A stretch of 64,000 bases of DNA. Origin: Dipteris shenzhenensis (taxonomy: Eukaryota). The DNA lies in NCBI GenBank assembly GCA_047967505.1, contig CM106538.1. One strand, written 5' to 3'. Below, piece by piece: positions 12,518-26,049 of this stretch. Below the pieces are notes generated by a model, which worked only from the letters and a program-made list of their open reading frames with translations, was not told the DNA's origin and searched no databases. A program made the translations under genes and the position numbers. The first letter of the stretch is position 1. Every line of letters begins with the position of its first letter.

Positions 12518-15060
12518 CACAAAAATAAGAATTCAATAGCAAATGTCCTCAAGATTCATGACCTAGACTAATTTCAGAAATATAAAACAGCATAAGGTCT
12601 TTGTACGGGAGAATGAACTAAAAGATCAGACTCAGATTTGCTTCCTGTTTTGACAGCAATGAGTGCACAAAAAGGGCAAGCATCACAGATGGCAGCCCTT
12701 CATGGCACCAGCTATATATTATAAAATACCAAAATTAGAACAAAATGGATCTCTCTCCAGTCCGTACCTAAGCTCTTGCTTCTCCTGTTTGCCCATCTGG
12801 CTGCCCTGTTTGCCAGCCCAGCCCGTTCTTTGGGCTAAGCGTGCTTCATTTGGATTCAGCCAGCAGCCAGATTCTGCAGCAGCCACAAGGATGTTTTTTT
12901 GCAGCCCATGACTTCCAAATGGGGGACACACCAGAAGCAGCCTATAAGACCGTGCCCAGAATCCGAGAAGGGGGCATTTGAGCTACAAACAGCTGTGCAC
13001 AGAGGTGGGCTGTGGCAAGCCCTAAAGGACAAAAAATCCTCACTTCTCCACCCCATTTGAGACTCTTGCCTCACCATCAGTTCCCATCAGCCTACAGTCA
13101 GAAATAGCATCCCTGTCACCTGACATCCCTCAGGAGAAAAGATGAAAGGGCTTTTTTGACAGCCCCTCACTCTTGAACGGACAGGACAACCCACAACAAC
13201 GCAGTCAGGATCTAGCAAGCACAACACCATAGACTCCTCATAGTGTTGACCCACGCATGAGGACCACATATCCCTCCTTACTATCTCGCTTGGGAGATAA
13301 ACGAAACGAGTAACGGTGGTGCTTGCAAGACAGTGGGTTCTCTCTAAGACCACAGAGACGGGAGCAAGCTACGCATTGGTCGTGTCCTATCATTGACTTT
13401 CTCTCGACAACGCCAACCTCAGAGCCACAATCGGCTGAGATAACCTCTTCTATCCTCAACCGCCCATCCTCCAGACAATGTACAGAGATTTAGACACCTT
13501 GGTGGACAGCCAACCGACTAGTTCTCCTGCAAGAATAACCCATGGCCCATCACTCTCATGCAGGCAGTTATGCTAGGCTATGTGTGCCCTTCCGTAGAGA
13601 CATCATGGTTTACTTCTCTACATGTTCTTCTCATCTCAAAAATCAGCCTTGGAAGTGGATGACCACTTTCGTAGCTCCATTCCTTAGCTTTTAAAGATGC
13701 CCACCTTAAACACGATTCATTGACTCCAATTGAGATTGTCACAAATTATGTCTACATTCATAAGATCCAAGTTTGGTATGTAACCAGTAGCCCAAGCTTG
13801 CCTGACCAGAGGACATGCCTCACAATCTAGATTGGAGAGAGAGAGAGAGAGCTTCCCACCTACTTTCAACATGTCAATCGCTAGTCACACTAGTAGCACT
13901 ATATGCAAGGGCTTTCTTGGGGAAAGAACTTATACATGGGGCTGTTGCAGGACCTAATGCTAGATAACACACGATTCGATGATGGAAGAGATGCACTTCA
14001 GTGACGTCAAACTCGCAAAGTTTACAGCAAGGCCTCTACACAAAGATTGTCTACCGCATATCATCACTTACCTCGACAAAGTCCGAGAGTATGGCTAGAC
14101 TAATGCAAGCAGACAGACCTACCACGGATGGCTCTTTCACATCTATGCAGCTCGTAACGTCAACAAACAATATGAGAGATGCCGATACGCACTGGACTCG
14201 ATGGTTTTGCTCAAGGCATGTCCATTGAATACCCCCCATACCAGTACTCCTCGAATGCGCCCTCCCTACGTCTGATCCATTGGATGGCAAGTCTACATCC
14301 AGCACATTTGGGTATCCCCGGTGCAATCACAATTCCACATTGAGACAAGGCAAGAGGTTGAGGCCACACGACACCACGAGAGCTAAGACTCTGTGCCCTA
14401 TGTGACACATAGGTGTAAAAGATGAGCATGTGCTCCCCTGATGTTATGAGATCACAAGGCACATACCATTGTCCTTTCCACCAAGGAGACCAGCGCATGA
14501 GCCAAGCATTGACTACATGTGTACACTAACACAACCGATAGACGATCAGAGCTCAGACAGCATAGGATCACTAACCACTTCTTCACAAGAGAAGAGCCCA
14601 TAGTGAGTGCCCACCACAAGACGCGTGATCGTAACCTTGCTCCTGATGGAAGCTAGACTAGAATGAGGACAGCTACAAGGCCAAAAGGTAGACACACAAT
14701 CCAAGGTACTGTTCTCATAGCATCACATTGCTAGGAAGCCTCAAGACGCCCACGAAGCAGAGTACAGGGCAACGCCAACAGATCTTAGACATGCTCCAAA
14801 GACACCACAATTACTAATGGGACCGTAACCAAGCTCAGTGACAGCTCAGGTCCTCATTTCAAATCCTAAGGAGGGCCCATCTAGTTGAGATCTTGGATCC
14901 TTGGCTTGTTCCAAATATTCCAGTTTTATTCTCAGCTATTTTAGCTCATAATATGTATAGAGGCGTGCTAGACACCTCTCCTACATGGGGTGTCCTACGC
15001 ATGATGTATTACAATTTTGTGTCTCACAGGCCTTTTTGGTCTTTTTTCAGACGTTGATAA

Positions 15061-15062
<2 letters not shown>

Positions 15063-15094
<32 letters not shown>
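15063..15094. repeat. (CT)n microsatellite
   Basis: Perfect CT run. Confidence 0.98.
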
Positions 15095-15098
<4 letters not shown>

Positions 15099-16374
15099 TT
15101 CATTCAAGAGAAAACATTCGTGGAAACAGCAAATAAAATGTGGTGAAATTGTAATAGAAATTTTTCTTGGACCTATGCAATCACACTTTCATCCCCGATC
15201 AAGTAATTAGAAAGTAACATCACCTTAATCAACTAATATGTATGCAATTATGGGGGAAAATACAATGCAAACCAAATTTTTAAAAAAAGACCAAACTTAG
15301 TAAAACAAGATGTCAAGTATGTTCGTCCTCTAACCCTTGGACCTGACAAGGCTGAACAGAACCCCCTTGCAAGGTATTAACTCAGAGTTCTCCTAGTTAA
15401 AACCCAAAACAAGTGCCACCAACTCGATAGTAGTTACCGATGGTGTCAATTACTTGAGCTCAAGGGAACAAATAGTCTTATCAATGGGAAAAATACAACG
15501 TTAAAGGCCTCTAGGTTGGGGCAGTTTACACAACATTGAGTTTGTCCATGATTTGCCAGACATGTATCAAAGATTTCCAATGACAGTTAGACAGAGTGGA
15601 TGCCCGCTGCATGGACGAGCAAAATGAAGGGGGTGACTGGCAGAAAATATCAGGAAGACCACCCCTTTGGCTGGAAATTTTGGACCTCGTATCCATATCG
15701 TGCGCCCGCGCCCGCGCATTTGCATGTGTGCACGTGTTATTTATTTATTTATTGCTGTATACCTTTTCTTCTCTGTGTGTGTGTGTGTTATTTAATGCTA
15801 TATACTTTTTCTTTCTCTCTCCTCCCCTTTCCCTCATTTGTCCCTCTCTCTGTGTTCCATTGTCTGCCTGAAACCTACTCAGCTTATGTGACACGTCGTA
15901 CCACATCAGTCAGCCTTCTGTTTGAACTCCCTTCTGCATTGGCAAAACAAGGAAGGATAGACTGAACTGGATTTTGCAGAGTGGCCATACGGTAAGAACG
16001 ACTAGGAGGTCTAATGATGCAGAAAGGGCCGTTCAAAAGTTATGGTTGGGCGCTCAAAAATCAAGAGATTTTGGCAGGTAGAAAACCTACAATTAGGCAG
16101 CATTTCAAGATACTTGAATGCAGGAACCAGAAGAATTTGAACAAGTAATGCAAGTGCAGATGATGCTCGAGTCTAACTAATACTCTGATGGCACAGCATC
16201 GGCGTTAACGGGGTTGAATTCTGTCATTGAGCTCTAGAGACGTAAAGCTGTAAGTTCTGTGCGAAAGAATTCCCAACATTGTAACTCTAAAAATGGTAGC
16301 CAAACTGCAGACTAAGCAAAAACCTGGGAAATTTTATGCCGGAAAGAAAGATGAATAGCGAAGAACAGTATGAT

Positions 16375-16974
16375 TTACACCCGAGAAACACCGTTGTTTG
16401 TGGGAAAACTCAACAATCCCGATGATGCATTCTCTTCCTCATCTAAAAACAGATCATCTGGCCGCCGAAATGTTGCATGAACGCAGAGGACCGCGGCACC
16501 AAGGAGCAATGCAATCGTTAGAGGTACCCGCGCATGAGTGAGGTATAAAGCGACGATGGTAACGATGGCCAAGACGACCAGAACCTCGTTGGGGCTGTAA
16601 ATCCTGTTGAACACAACAACAGGTTCCGATCGTCCAAAGTAGAAATAGACCCACGTTAGTAACAGGATTGCCAACACAAGCAATGAGATCGGATGCCACA
16701 ATAAGCTCAGGCCGACGATCACCAACATAAACACTACGTAATTGGCGCTGAAGTAGCCGAAATTCTTCTTCAAACGACTCCGAGCATCCGCGAAAGACTC
16801 CGGCTTTGAGAAAGCTCCACGATTCATCAGCTCCGCCAATGGCCGCTGACGGGCAACTGCAGCTTGTGTGGTCTCGCTGACTCGGGACACGAAAGAGCGC
16901 ACTCCTGCAGTGCTCGAGCGGGCCGTTGCTGCTTGATCGGCCATTGATGATGAATACTTTGTTTCAGATACCAT
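16375..16974 (-). CDS. PRA1: PRA1 family (prenylated Rab acceptor) membrane protein, 199 aa, intronless
   Basis: Family motifs RPLAELMNRGAFSKPESFADARSRLKKNFGYFSANY, LSLLWHPISL, YFYFGRSEPVVVF and VHATFRRPDDLFLDE; two long hydrophobic segments; intact ORF. Confidence 0.95.
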   Translation of the reverse strand: MVSETKYSSSMADQAATARSSTAGVRSFVSRVSETTQAAVARQRPLAELMNRGAFSKPESFADARSRLKKNFGYFSANYVVFMLVIVGLSLLWHPISLLVLAILLLTWVYFYFGRSEPVVVFNRIYSPNEVLVVLAIVTIVALYLTHARVPLTIALLLGAAVLCVHATFRRPDDLFLDEEENASSGLLSFPTNNGVSRV

Positions 16975-17235
16975 GATTCAGTTCACCGTCTTCTCCGCAG
17001 GGAGATCTGGTTCCCAATTTGTTCTCGTTGCGATGTCTCCTGCAATTCCTTGTCCTTACGATGTACCTCCTCGCTGCAATTCCTAAAATGACCGATTTCT
17101 TCTCTTGCAATGTGTCTCCTTATGCCGAGGTGAAGGGATGGCGTGAAACCGACTCCAAACTTTTGACCTTTCTAAATGCAGAACTCTTTCTAAATAAATG
17201 ACTCTTCAGCAAATCTCGATGACACCAAGAAATGC

Positions 17236-17412
17236 CTCTCTCTCTCTCTCTCTCTCTCTCTGTGTCTGTCTGTGTCTCTCTCTGCGACCTATCGAAATCT
17301 CGCGCTTCCCAAACCCAAAATATTTTTCTTTCAGCCTCCAAACAAAATCAACGACGAGCACAAAAAATCAACAAGAGTTACTGCCATACGAGGATGTCAA
17401 CGCAAAAACCAA

Positions 17413-17466
<54 letters not shown>
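17236..17466. repeat. (CT)n/(GA)n tracts in the 5' region of PRA1 (possible GAGA-factor sites)
   Basis: Two CT runs (~17236-17260 and ~17418-17466) 260-490 bp upstream of the PRA1 ATG. The regulatory role is inference. Confidence 0.8.
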
Positions 17467-18371
17467 AATCCAGAAAGCGGTCTCTGTTCTCCGCCCTCTC
17501 TCCAAAGAAACTCCCTCTCTCTCGCTCTCGCTCACTGTCACCTCTCTGTGAGGGCTCCAAAAATGGAAATGAAAAGCTAGCTTGTTTGCATCCGGTTTCT
17601 GAGACAGTCTCATTTCGAAGCCGCCTCTAATAAACGTATACTTTCTTTTTCTCTTGTATATTACCAAATAATTAATCTGATCCGTCAACAAAGGAAGTGC
17701 GCCAAAAGTCACTTTAGGAAACTGAGGGGTTCGTGGAGCATTAATTACACTTTCCATTCCCATCATTCTCACCACCTTCAAAATCCTGGGTTTAACCTTT
17801 AATGTCACCCTTCATTTGAATTCCAAATTTTCTATTTTGATTTCATTCCCTCAACCACACTATGCCTCTCAAACTCCATGCTCCACAAATTCCATTATGT
17901 TTGTAATTTCGTAGAACAAAATTCACATCTACAAATCAAGCATGTTCTACTTCTAGCTGAAGGTCTACAAAGGTGCTTTATTATCATTGTTTGCATAGGT
18001 TAATTAAGCTTATGCATGCGAGAGAAATAGGGAGAGAGGCATTTGTAGACAAACTACGAGAGAGATAGCGAGAGAGGCAAAATGGTGTCGGAATCTGGAG
18101 CAAGCCCATCGACCAGCATGCAAAAAATTGCAAACAGTTCCCCCAACTGCGAGCCCACACTAGAGGCAGAGAATGAAGGAGAAGTCGCCACAAGATCCGT
18201 GTCGCGAGAGCAGGAAATGGAAATGGATGCCCTGTTCGCGAATGGCTCCCCACTTTCGAGTGACACGAAGGGCCGAGAGGAGGAGCAGGAGGGGAGCTCT
18301 AAAAAATGCAAGATTGAAAAGAAAAGCGGATACAAAAGGCAGCAATAGGTTATTCGAATTTCATCCCTTAA

Positions 18372-18399
18372 TTAGTACTGAACCCGTGCTTTGCACGGG
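18372..18399 (-). mobile_element. Canonical Helitron 3' terminus (subterminal hairpin + CTRR, followed by T)
   Basis: Minus strand reads CCCGTGC-AAA-GCACGGG-TTCAGTA-CTAA|T: a perfect 7-bp GC-rich stem ending 7 nt before CTAA, then the target T. Confidence 0.8.
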
Positions 18400-20039
18400 C
18401 AAAGATGCATGACCATCCTCAACCACTCCCCATCTATGACCATCCTCAACCACTCCCCATCTGAAGGTGCATCTTTGATTCTTAAATTTTGCTAAGTCTT
18501 AACCCCCATGGCTGTGAGACCTTCCATCTCCTCCTTTCATTCCATTAACCTTTCATCTCTTGTTTCCTCCCGAAGGTGACCTTCCATCTCCTCCATTCCA
18601 TTGACCTTCTATCTCCTCCTTGCCCCTAAAGCTGCCTCTTGTCTTTCCACCTCCCCCCCCCTCCAAGCCTCCACCCAAGAGCTCCTTCTTTGTGACACGT
18701 GGCAGGCTCTTCTCCTCCAAGCTGCCACGTGTCCTCTCTTTTTTTTGGTTCGTGGTTAGTAGGTTAAAGATAAACCTTAGTTTAATTTGGGTCCTCCCAC
18801 ACACATACTAATATTAATTCGATTTTTTGAAGATCATGGTGACCTATTTGGCTCAGGTGCATTACTGTTGCGTTAGATGCTCCACGTCTATTTTGTGGAC
18901 CATCTAGAGAAAGACAAAAGTAGATATAAAAGTTGATTGTTTTTTTGCAATGTGGCCATGTAAGGATAAACATGAGAATGTAAAATTTTGGGTTATAATG
19001 GTATCGACATGAAGAGGGATGATCATGGGAGAGCTAAGACATTTACATCGATATGGTATGAGCCAAGAGGTAAGACAAAGAATATGACATTGTATAGTAA
19101 TTGTATAAAAAAAGATTGGGGTCACAAACCATGAACTAGTTTCAAAGCAACCCACAGAAACAATTGTAGTGTCTTGGAAATCAAAGACAGAGAAAATCAA
19201 GAAGCACATGAAGCAGTATTTGGTGGAAGAAAAAATAAGAATACTGAACACAAAGTATTGTGCTTGCATCTTGTTGCATTCATTTATTGATGAATCGAGT
19301 ACAAAATCACTAATTTGGAATATAATGTAAATTTTATAATTAGCATTTTTTTAAAGGAGGTAAAAAGTAGGAAATTTTAGAGATGAGACACAATACAAGG
19401 TGCATCAGACATGATCCTCCCTATAAATATCAAAGTAGTGCTTTTATTATTATGTTGGACAACGATTAGTGCTTTTTGGAAACTAAAGCCCAACAAATAC
19501 ATGAATAAGGGATTGCTCACATGAGCTTGTGAGTTCTCTCCTCATAACATGGAAGTTATCACCACTACAACCTTTGAGATATTATGAGCTGGACTAGATC
19601 ACATGAACAATATTGTTATAGTCCATCGATGGTGCATGCACCATGGTTGTTTCTTTGGATTCCTTGGCTACGATTCACCATCAAGAACATGCATTGAGAA
19701 AAGAGGGCTAGTTAAAGTATAATCATAAGTTTAAGTTTGAATGTGTTGTAAAAATAGAACTCTACATATTTAATTGATAAGTAGGAAGCTCTTCCTCTTT
19801 CAAAAAACCCAAAATAGTGAATTTTTTAAAATTAAAAGTGAAACAAATATTTAACTTATAAAATAAACAACAAAAAATCCATGCGTGAAATTTTAAAAAG
19901 TAAAGTGAACAAATAAAATCTTATAAAATAAGAAAGTTGTAAACAAACAAGATGAACAGGGTTCAAGTGGCCTGCCCTTTCAAGAAGAATTGGGGATGGC
20001 TTAAGCATTTGCTATCGTGTATGTCAAGGAGAGGACCAA

Positions 20040-23000
20040 TAAAAAGAAGTTTGTTCCGATGATGTTGCCATGTTCGTTGGAATTCATCCAAATGTGGTCA
20101 ATGCATGAGCCGGTTATTGTTACCAGGGAGTCTATTAGTTGTTTCATGTGATGCTTATCCACGAAGCTCTGCAAGTTTGATTTGCTAGTCGATCATGTGA
20201 GCATGTTAACATTGAAGCCCTTGAGGATGTATGTCGGTATTCGTGGGCTCATTGCTAGCATGACTTGATGCAGTGTATCTAGAAGTGCTATAGAGGTTGC
20301 TTTAGAAGCCTTGTAGGTGTTAACAATGTTCACCTCTTTGTTGGCCCTCGTGCAAAATGTGGTCAGCAAGCACTCAACCCCTTTGCGAAAGTAGTAGTGT
20401 TCACATAGGAGGGTTACTGTTGATTTAAAGTATGTCCCTATGCCATCGCAATTTCTATTGTGAGTATGTTGGAACACTTCAATGGTAAGTGTGTATGTAT
20501 TCTGTGTGTGTGTTTCTTGGAGGCATAGTATTGAGGATCCCATCATGCTCTTGCTGGCGAGGATGTCAGGTCTATGCAAAAGGAAGGACCTAGTGTTCAA
20601 CAATTGTATGATGGCGTCATGGGCCTGGTGTGATGAGAAGTCGATTTGTTGAAGCAGCCAAGCGGAATTTGAACATAGCCTCTAAATTTCTTGTAAGATC
20701 GCCTTGTCTACTCGAATGTGCTTTGGTTGGAGCTTGTTGAGAATACAAGTGCTTCAGGTCGCATGCTCGTGACAAAGCCATGTATACTAACTAGGCTATG
20801 GGTTTTAATGTTGGATGGGTTGAACACGAGCATCAATGCCCCTGAATGGCTCCGTGTGGCTATGCTTAAGTTTGCATAGCCACATGTCCATCGCGATGAA
20901 AGTATTTTGGCCAACCAAAGAAATCTCCTCTATGACCATGAGCTCAACGTCTCTATATTGGAGTGACATCTCTTACAGCTTGTCTCGCAACAGAGAGGGC
21001 TTTGTCCTCTGATGTTAGCAAGGGGAGGTGTAGGGTAGAGTGTATCATTGTTTTGCTGATGTTGTATGCCGCTTGCCTGTGTATGCCAATAGCAGGACTC
21101 GTGCTAAGCCTACGTCATATGACTCTTTGTGCGTGAAGTGTCGAAGTAAGCCTTGAACTATTTTGAGGACATACGTCTTGCCTGTACCTACATTGCCACT
21201 TAGGAAAAGCCTAAGATTGATTTGTTGCTCCACCCTCTTCTTTAGCAGAATGTCCTCCAGGATGGCTCATTGCTCTGGGTTCAATGCATAAACGTTTGCA
21301 TGGTAAGTACAGCTGTCGGCAAGACAAGTTGTGTTCACTGTGGTGTGGATGAATTGGGTATGCCTAGGCTTGTGTTGCACCGTCGTCCATGCTGATGTTG
21401 TACTTCTCATTATGCTTGTGTCAGTCTTGCTTGAGTCCAGTGCTTTCGCCACAATCATTCATGGAGTTGTCTAAGAGGGCATGGCAAATTCGCTTGTTGA
21501 ATTATGTTGCATTAGTAGTGATTGTAGCAACATTGTCGTTGTATAAGTCATGCCATGTCTCACAGGCATGGTGGAAGGAGTGCTCCTTCGGGTGGAAAGG
21601 CAGGTATAGCAGGCACTTCTCCCTTGGTTCTCTGGGTCCTTCAACTTGCTGTAGTTATTAAACCTCAACACTCTTTTCCTTCTTCATTCTGTGCACTTTG
21701 TGGGTGTGATGTTGTACGTGCTTGTGTGCTCAGCTCTAGGAAAATCCCATGCAAACTTGTGTGTCTCCTCTTGTACTTGTGAATGATACCTTCGTAGAAA
21801 ATTTTTGCATTGCTTGGGTCGAGCCGTTCAAGTTGCCATTCCTTTTCAAGAGTATTGTTTGTCTTCAATGCTGCTTGTGTTCATGTAGACAACCTCTCAC
21901 ATGCTACTTGTGAGGAGCAAGGGCAGGGACAAGTACATTGCTTTTTAAGCGCTGATGTGTTGCGTATGCAAGATGGCATTTCCAACCTTACGTATGTGCT
22001 CATCGACTGGCGCTTCACTATGCTGCATTCTAAAATCGCCAATTTGATCATTGCTTTGTCTGCCTTTGTGATGTACAAGGTGCTCTATGTATGGGCTTGA
22101 CCACGAATTGGATGTCAGTGTTTGCAACCCATACCTTGGCAAGAACTAGGTTGTGTAGATGTCTTTCGGTGACCTCCAGAGTATGATAGATGTTTGCAAG
22201 ACTACTATTTCATATTGCGGGGATGTATTCATTCTCGGTCAACCCTACCTCATGAAGGAATCCATCAAACGTCATGCTGGTAACGTTCTCCTACAAGAGC
22301 ACCCGTGATATTTGATGCATGTTCCGCCTGGAAACTCATTGTTCTGGACCCCTCTCCATTGGGTGAACGATCATCGACTCCCGCATGGGTGGGCGAGGGA
22401 ATCCGAAATGGCAATTTGTTTGTCTCTTTCTACATGATTTCCAATGCCTATGCATTTGTATCTCTTTCTTAGGGAGGTCGAGCTTGTCCATGTCAGAGGA
22501 AATGTATTTGTCAATGAACTTCATGATTTCATCGGGTGTTGCCCCTCCCATGATTGGTGCTCTTTCGACCCATAGGAGCCCGTGATCATGCTGGCTTCCT
22601 CTATTTTGAAACTTAGTTAATTACGAAGAAGTAGTCTTGCAACATACCGCGACGATTCCACTATCGCAGGTTTGTAGATTCTTCAATGCCTTGAACCTAT
22701 GGACATAGTACTAGGATGTTGTGACTGGGTCACTTTTGGATGTATGTAGCACTTGTCGTGGCCATGCTAACATGTGTCGTGTTGCAAGCTAAACAAGAAT
22801 TCTAGCAAAGGCTCCCACAATATTTCAGTTGATGATAGCGTAAGGAAGAAAGTGGGTGCCCCCAGCTGGCGCACCATTGCAATAGGTTCTTCTTCAACTT
22901 GTGCTTGTAGTGATGTTCGCAAGCATGTGAAGTCCTTGTAAACGATGTTCGACTACAAAAGCTTCTCGATGTTTATGTCTATAGCTACCTCTCGTGCTTG

Positions 23001-24650
23001 TAGTCACCCACCTAGTTGGCCTTTGCGCATCCTAACCCATGTCCATGAGAGGACCTACTGCACCAATATTTCCATGGTCTTAAGAAAAGATTCTCTATGC
23101 ATAATGCAAATCGGCAGTCTTTGTTTCTCAACTCCCATCGTGCTATTTCTTGGTATGAAGTGCATGAAGGTATATCGTACGTGCGGGATTGCCCATATAA
23201 AAGTTTGGGGAAGGTTAATTATGCACAGTGATTGTCCTTGAAAATGCTTAGAGGTGGAAAGCCCTTGCACGGGCAATGAGATGGACTTGGCCTCGAAGTC
23301 AAAAACTTATTGTGCACTATAAATGCCATGAATGCGAGTGCCTGCATCAAAGCAAAGGTCCCCGCATCTTAGTTGTCTTCCACTGTGCTGAATTATGGCA
23401 AGTCAATGCTTTTATTTTCTTGCAACCCAAAGATGTGCTCCTTCCAATAGTGGTTGAAGGACATGTTGTTCTCCGTGTATAGCGGTGTCATGAGTAGCTC
23501 ACTCAGTGCTCTCATTGTGAGTGTCGATCGCACGAGCCCACTAATGTTGTGGTTCTTGTAATCCAATTTGCACTTAATTGCGACCACCATTGTGGCGGTG
23601 TCTATCACGAATTGTGGCAAGACACATTGGGCTCTATCGATGACCACAAAGACATTCACAACACTACCATGTAACCCAAGTTGTCCCTAGTGTACTAATT
23701 TTCTGATCTATGCAAAGGGAATTCTTATGGACACCAATCGAGCTTCGACATCAAAATAAGCATTCTCGTAACTGGTTTGGATGGAACCACTTTGATGGTT
23801 TTGCTTGACAAAGTTGGCAATGTCGCTCTCTTGACTTCCTTTGCACAGGGTGAGCATAATTCTTTTCATTTTCCTCACATTGTCGCATGATAGAGTTGTT
23901 CTCTCGCTGAGGAAACAGATAACTTGGTCCCTGCATGTTTGAGCTTCATAGAGAAGGTGAGAACTCCACAGCATATGTAAGAAAACCTTGGTGTGTCTTT
24001 GATTTTAAGGGCGTAAGCTTCCTGCAGATGTCCCTTCAGAGGGCAAAGCTTCTTCCTTTTCCTTGGATGTTTTGTTGTCCCGCTTGTGTGGACCATCAAT
24101 CCATCTACTCTTGTGTTAGTTGATGCTATTGCAGGCATTGGTAGGCCATTGCTGAGAACCAACTCTAGGTGTCCCAGGTTGGATGAGGCATGTTTTGCTC
24201 ATTGCAACCTATACACCTTGCTCATGATCACATTCAAAGCATGTGGTTTGCTTAGATGCCTTACACTGTATGCTCCCGCTAGCTCCCTAACAGAGACAAC
24301 CTAGGTGACAGATCAATAAGTTGTTCTAGTTGTGCCTCATCTTCCTTGAACCATGGTGTAGTGCCAATGGCATACTTTGCACGACAAAGGACTCAACTCA
24401 TTAGACTATTTTGTTTCATCGAGTAGAACTTGAACCATGTGTGGGTGGTCAGGCTTGTGTGTGAACACAAACTTTATGTGCATGCCATCGAAACGCAGCA
24501 GCTCGAACCTTGTACACAAAATGCTCGCAAGGTGGCCTAAGAATTCGAAAGTAGCACCCAAGATGTTGAGGACATTTGTGGTGGCTGCCAGACTTGGATG
24601 TAGTGTCACTACTTGGCTCATTCTTGATTATCGATTATTTGCTAGCTGTG
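20040..24650 (-). mobile_element. Helentron/Helitron2-type RepHel-EN pseudogene, copy A
   Basis: N to C: OTU-like remnant, PWFKEDEAQLEQL helix, VEARLVSIRIPFA, MVRQLGAPTFFLTLSS (~22830-22880), HUH motif FQNRGSQHDHGLLW (~22570-22613), HRHWKSCRK..CHFGFP, Walker A SGNVGTGKT (~21172-21204), APE domain LNTRSF..ILCLQET..FNVNML..IDHIW (20040-20603). The helicase core between ~20930 and 21050 appears deleted. Confidence 0.92.
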
Positions 24651-25129
24651 GTTCCACACGAATACCAAGTTTGAAGGTGAACTCTTTCTTCCTTAACACT
24701 CAAATGTCCCAAGCCATTTTTTTTCTCTCATCCCCTAGCTCTAATTAAATATGCTCTCTTATTTCTATGTACAAAGAAAGGAGACACTTCATTTGAAAGA
24801 ACATTAAAGAACTCTTTCTTCTCTAACTCGCTCGAATTTCCCCAACCGTTTTCTTTGTCTATTACGTTCTCATCCCCCCACTTCTAATTGAGTATGCTCT
24901 CTTGTCTCTATGTACAAAGAAAGGAGACACGTCATTTGGAAAAACATTAAATTCAGCTCCAAGTATGAAAGCAGAGTCATAATAAAGAAAACATGAGAAT
25001 AGCAAGAAAGCTTTATTTCTTTGTCATAAACATCAAAGCTTGGATATAAGATTTTATTTCTTATAGACACTGAAGGGTCGATATGTGGAAATAAAGGAGC
25101 AAGTGCTGTCAATCAAACAATCTATGTTC

Positions 25130-25850
25130 TCAACCCAAGGCACATACTCCACTACGTTCGCTCTTCCTCAGCATCATAAGTATATCTGAGGTGCAACAAC
25201 TAATCCACAAAAAGGCGAATGTCGACGGTTGCAGAACAACTAGTGTACTTGGAATAGTACGTGCAAAGCCTACAGTTGGAAAGGAAAATGCCTGCATAGA
25301 CTCCGCCACTTAGATTGCAAGCAAGTGGGAATTAAACACAAATGCAATGGAGCTTGCGAAGGTGCATAGACTCTGCCTCTGAGGTTGCAAGCAAGTGGGG
25401 ACATAAACACAAATGCAATGTAGCTTGCAAGGGTGCATAGACTCTGCCTCTCAGATTGCAAGCAATTGGGGAATTAAATGCAAATGCAATGGAGCTTGTG
25501 GCTTACCCTCAGCAGATGCTTCCTTCATAGGAGCGAGGTGTAATGCTTTTCCCACTGTCTTCTTTGAGACCTTGCAAATCCCACTTTATTTGGCTGCCAG
25601 ACCACCTTCCTTTTGGAAGGTTGCTTCAATGATTCTCTTATGCAGGGCATGGATGCTTTTACATACACCACTGGGGTAAATTTCTTAGCAAAACCCTTCA
25701 GCTTCACACCATCGTACACAGTTGAGGTGGACCTCTTTGGGGAGGGTATGGAGTCATCATCAGCAGCAATAAGTTGCTGGCATCATCATGGTTGCACCAA
25801 TTATTTCTTCAGTATTCACTTCCACCAAAGGACTCTCTGCACATACATAT
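25130..25850 (-). pseudogene. Remnant of a spliced OB-fold/RPA70-like gene upstream of Helentron copy A
   Basis: QQLIAADDDS segment resembles the IIIADG / LKVDDG strand of the other two RPA-like genes. GT-AG intron with donor GAGG|GTAAGC ~25506 and acceptor TTCCAACTGTAG| ~25270. Same position relative to RepHel as in copies B and C. Confidence 0.4.
25293..25500. repeat. 3 x ~70-bp tandem repeat inside a predicted intron
   Basis: TGCATAGACTC..GCAAGCAA(G/T)TGGG..CAAATGCAATG(G/T)AGCTTG units start at ~25293, ~25363 and ~25434. Confidence 0.9.
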
Positions 25851-26049
25851 AGAGCAAACCCAAAGCTTGCAAAATCAAGGGGCTCATGATTTTCTATGCC
25901 CGCAAAAAAAAATGCACTTGTAACAAGGTGAATTACATTCATTAGGCATGCCCTGAATTCATAGAAAGGATAGTATATAACATATTGGAATTCAAAATTA
26001 TATTTAATTTATTCGTAATGTAGATCGATATTTGTGTAAAGGAGAGAGT

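Noticed and set aside
12600-15150. Possible retroelement interior plus LTR (AAGGAGGGCCC..GTTGAGA at ~14868-14890)
   Set aside because: No recognisable protein motif, partner LTR or TSD; left unannotated.
17120-17808. Several ORFs with SLSL/ERER runs
   Set aside because: Translations of (CT)n microsatellites; the same applies to ORFs at 5338-5673 and 57556-57848.
20040-20603. Endonuclease segments as LINE ORF2 N-termini
   Set aside because: In all three copies the EN follows the last helicase motif directly and co-directionally, and no RT follows it, so it is assigned to RepHel.
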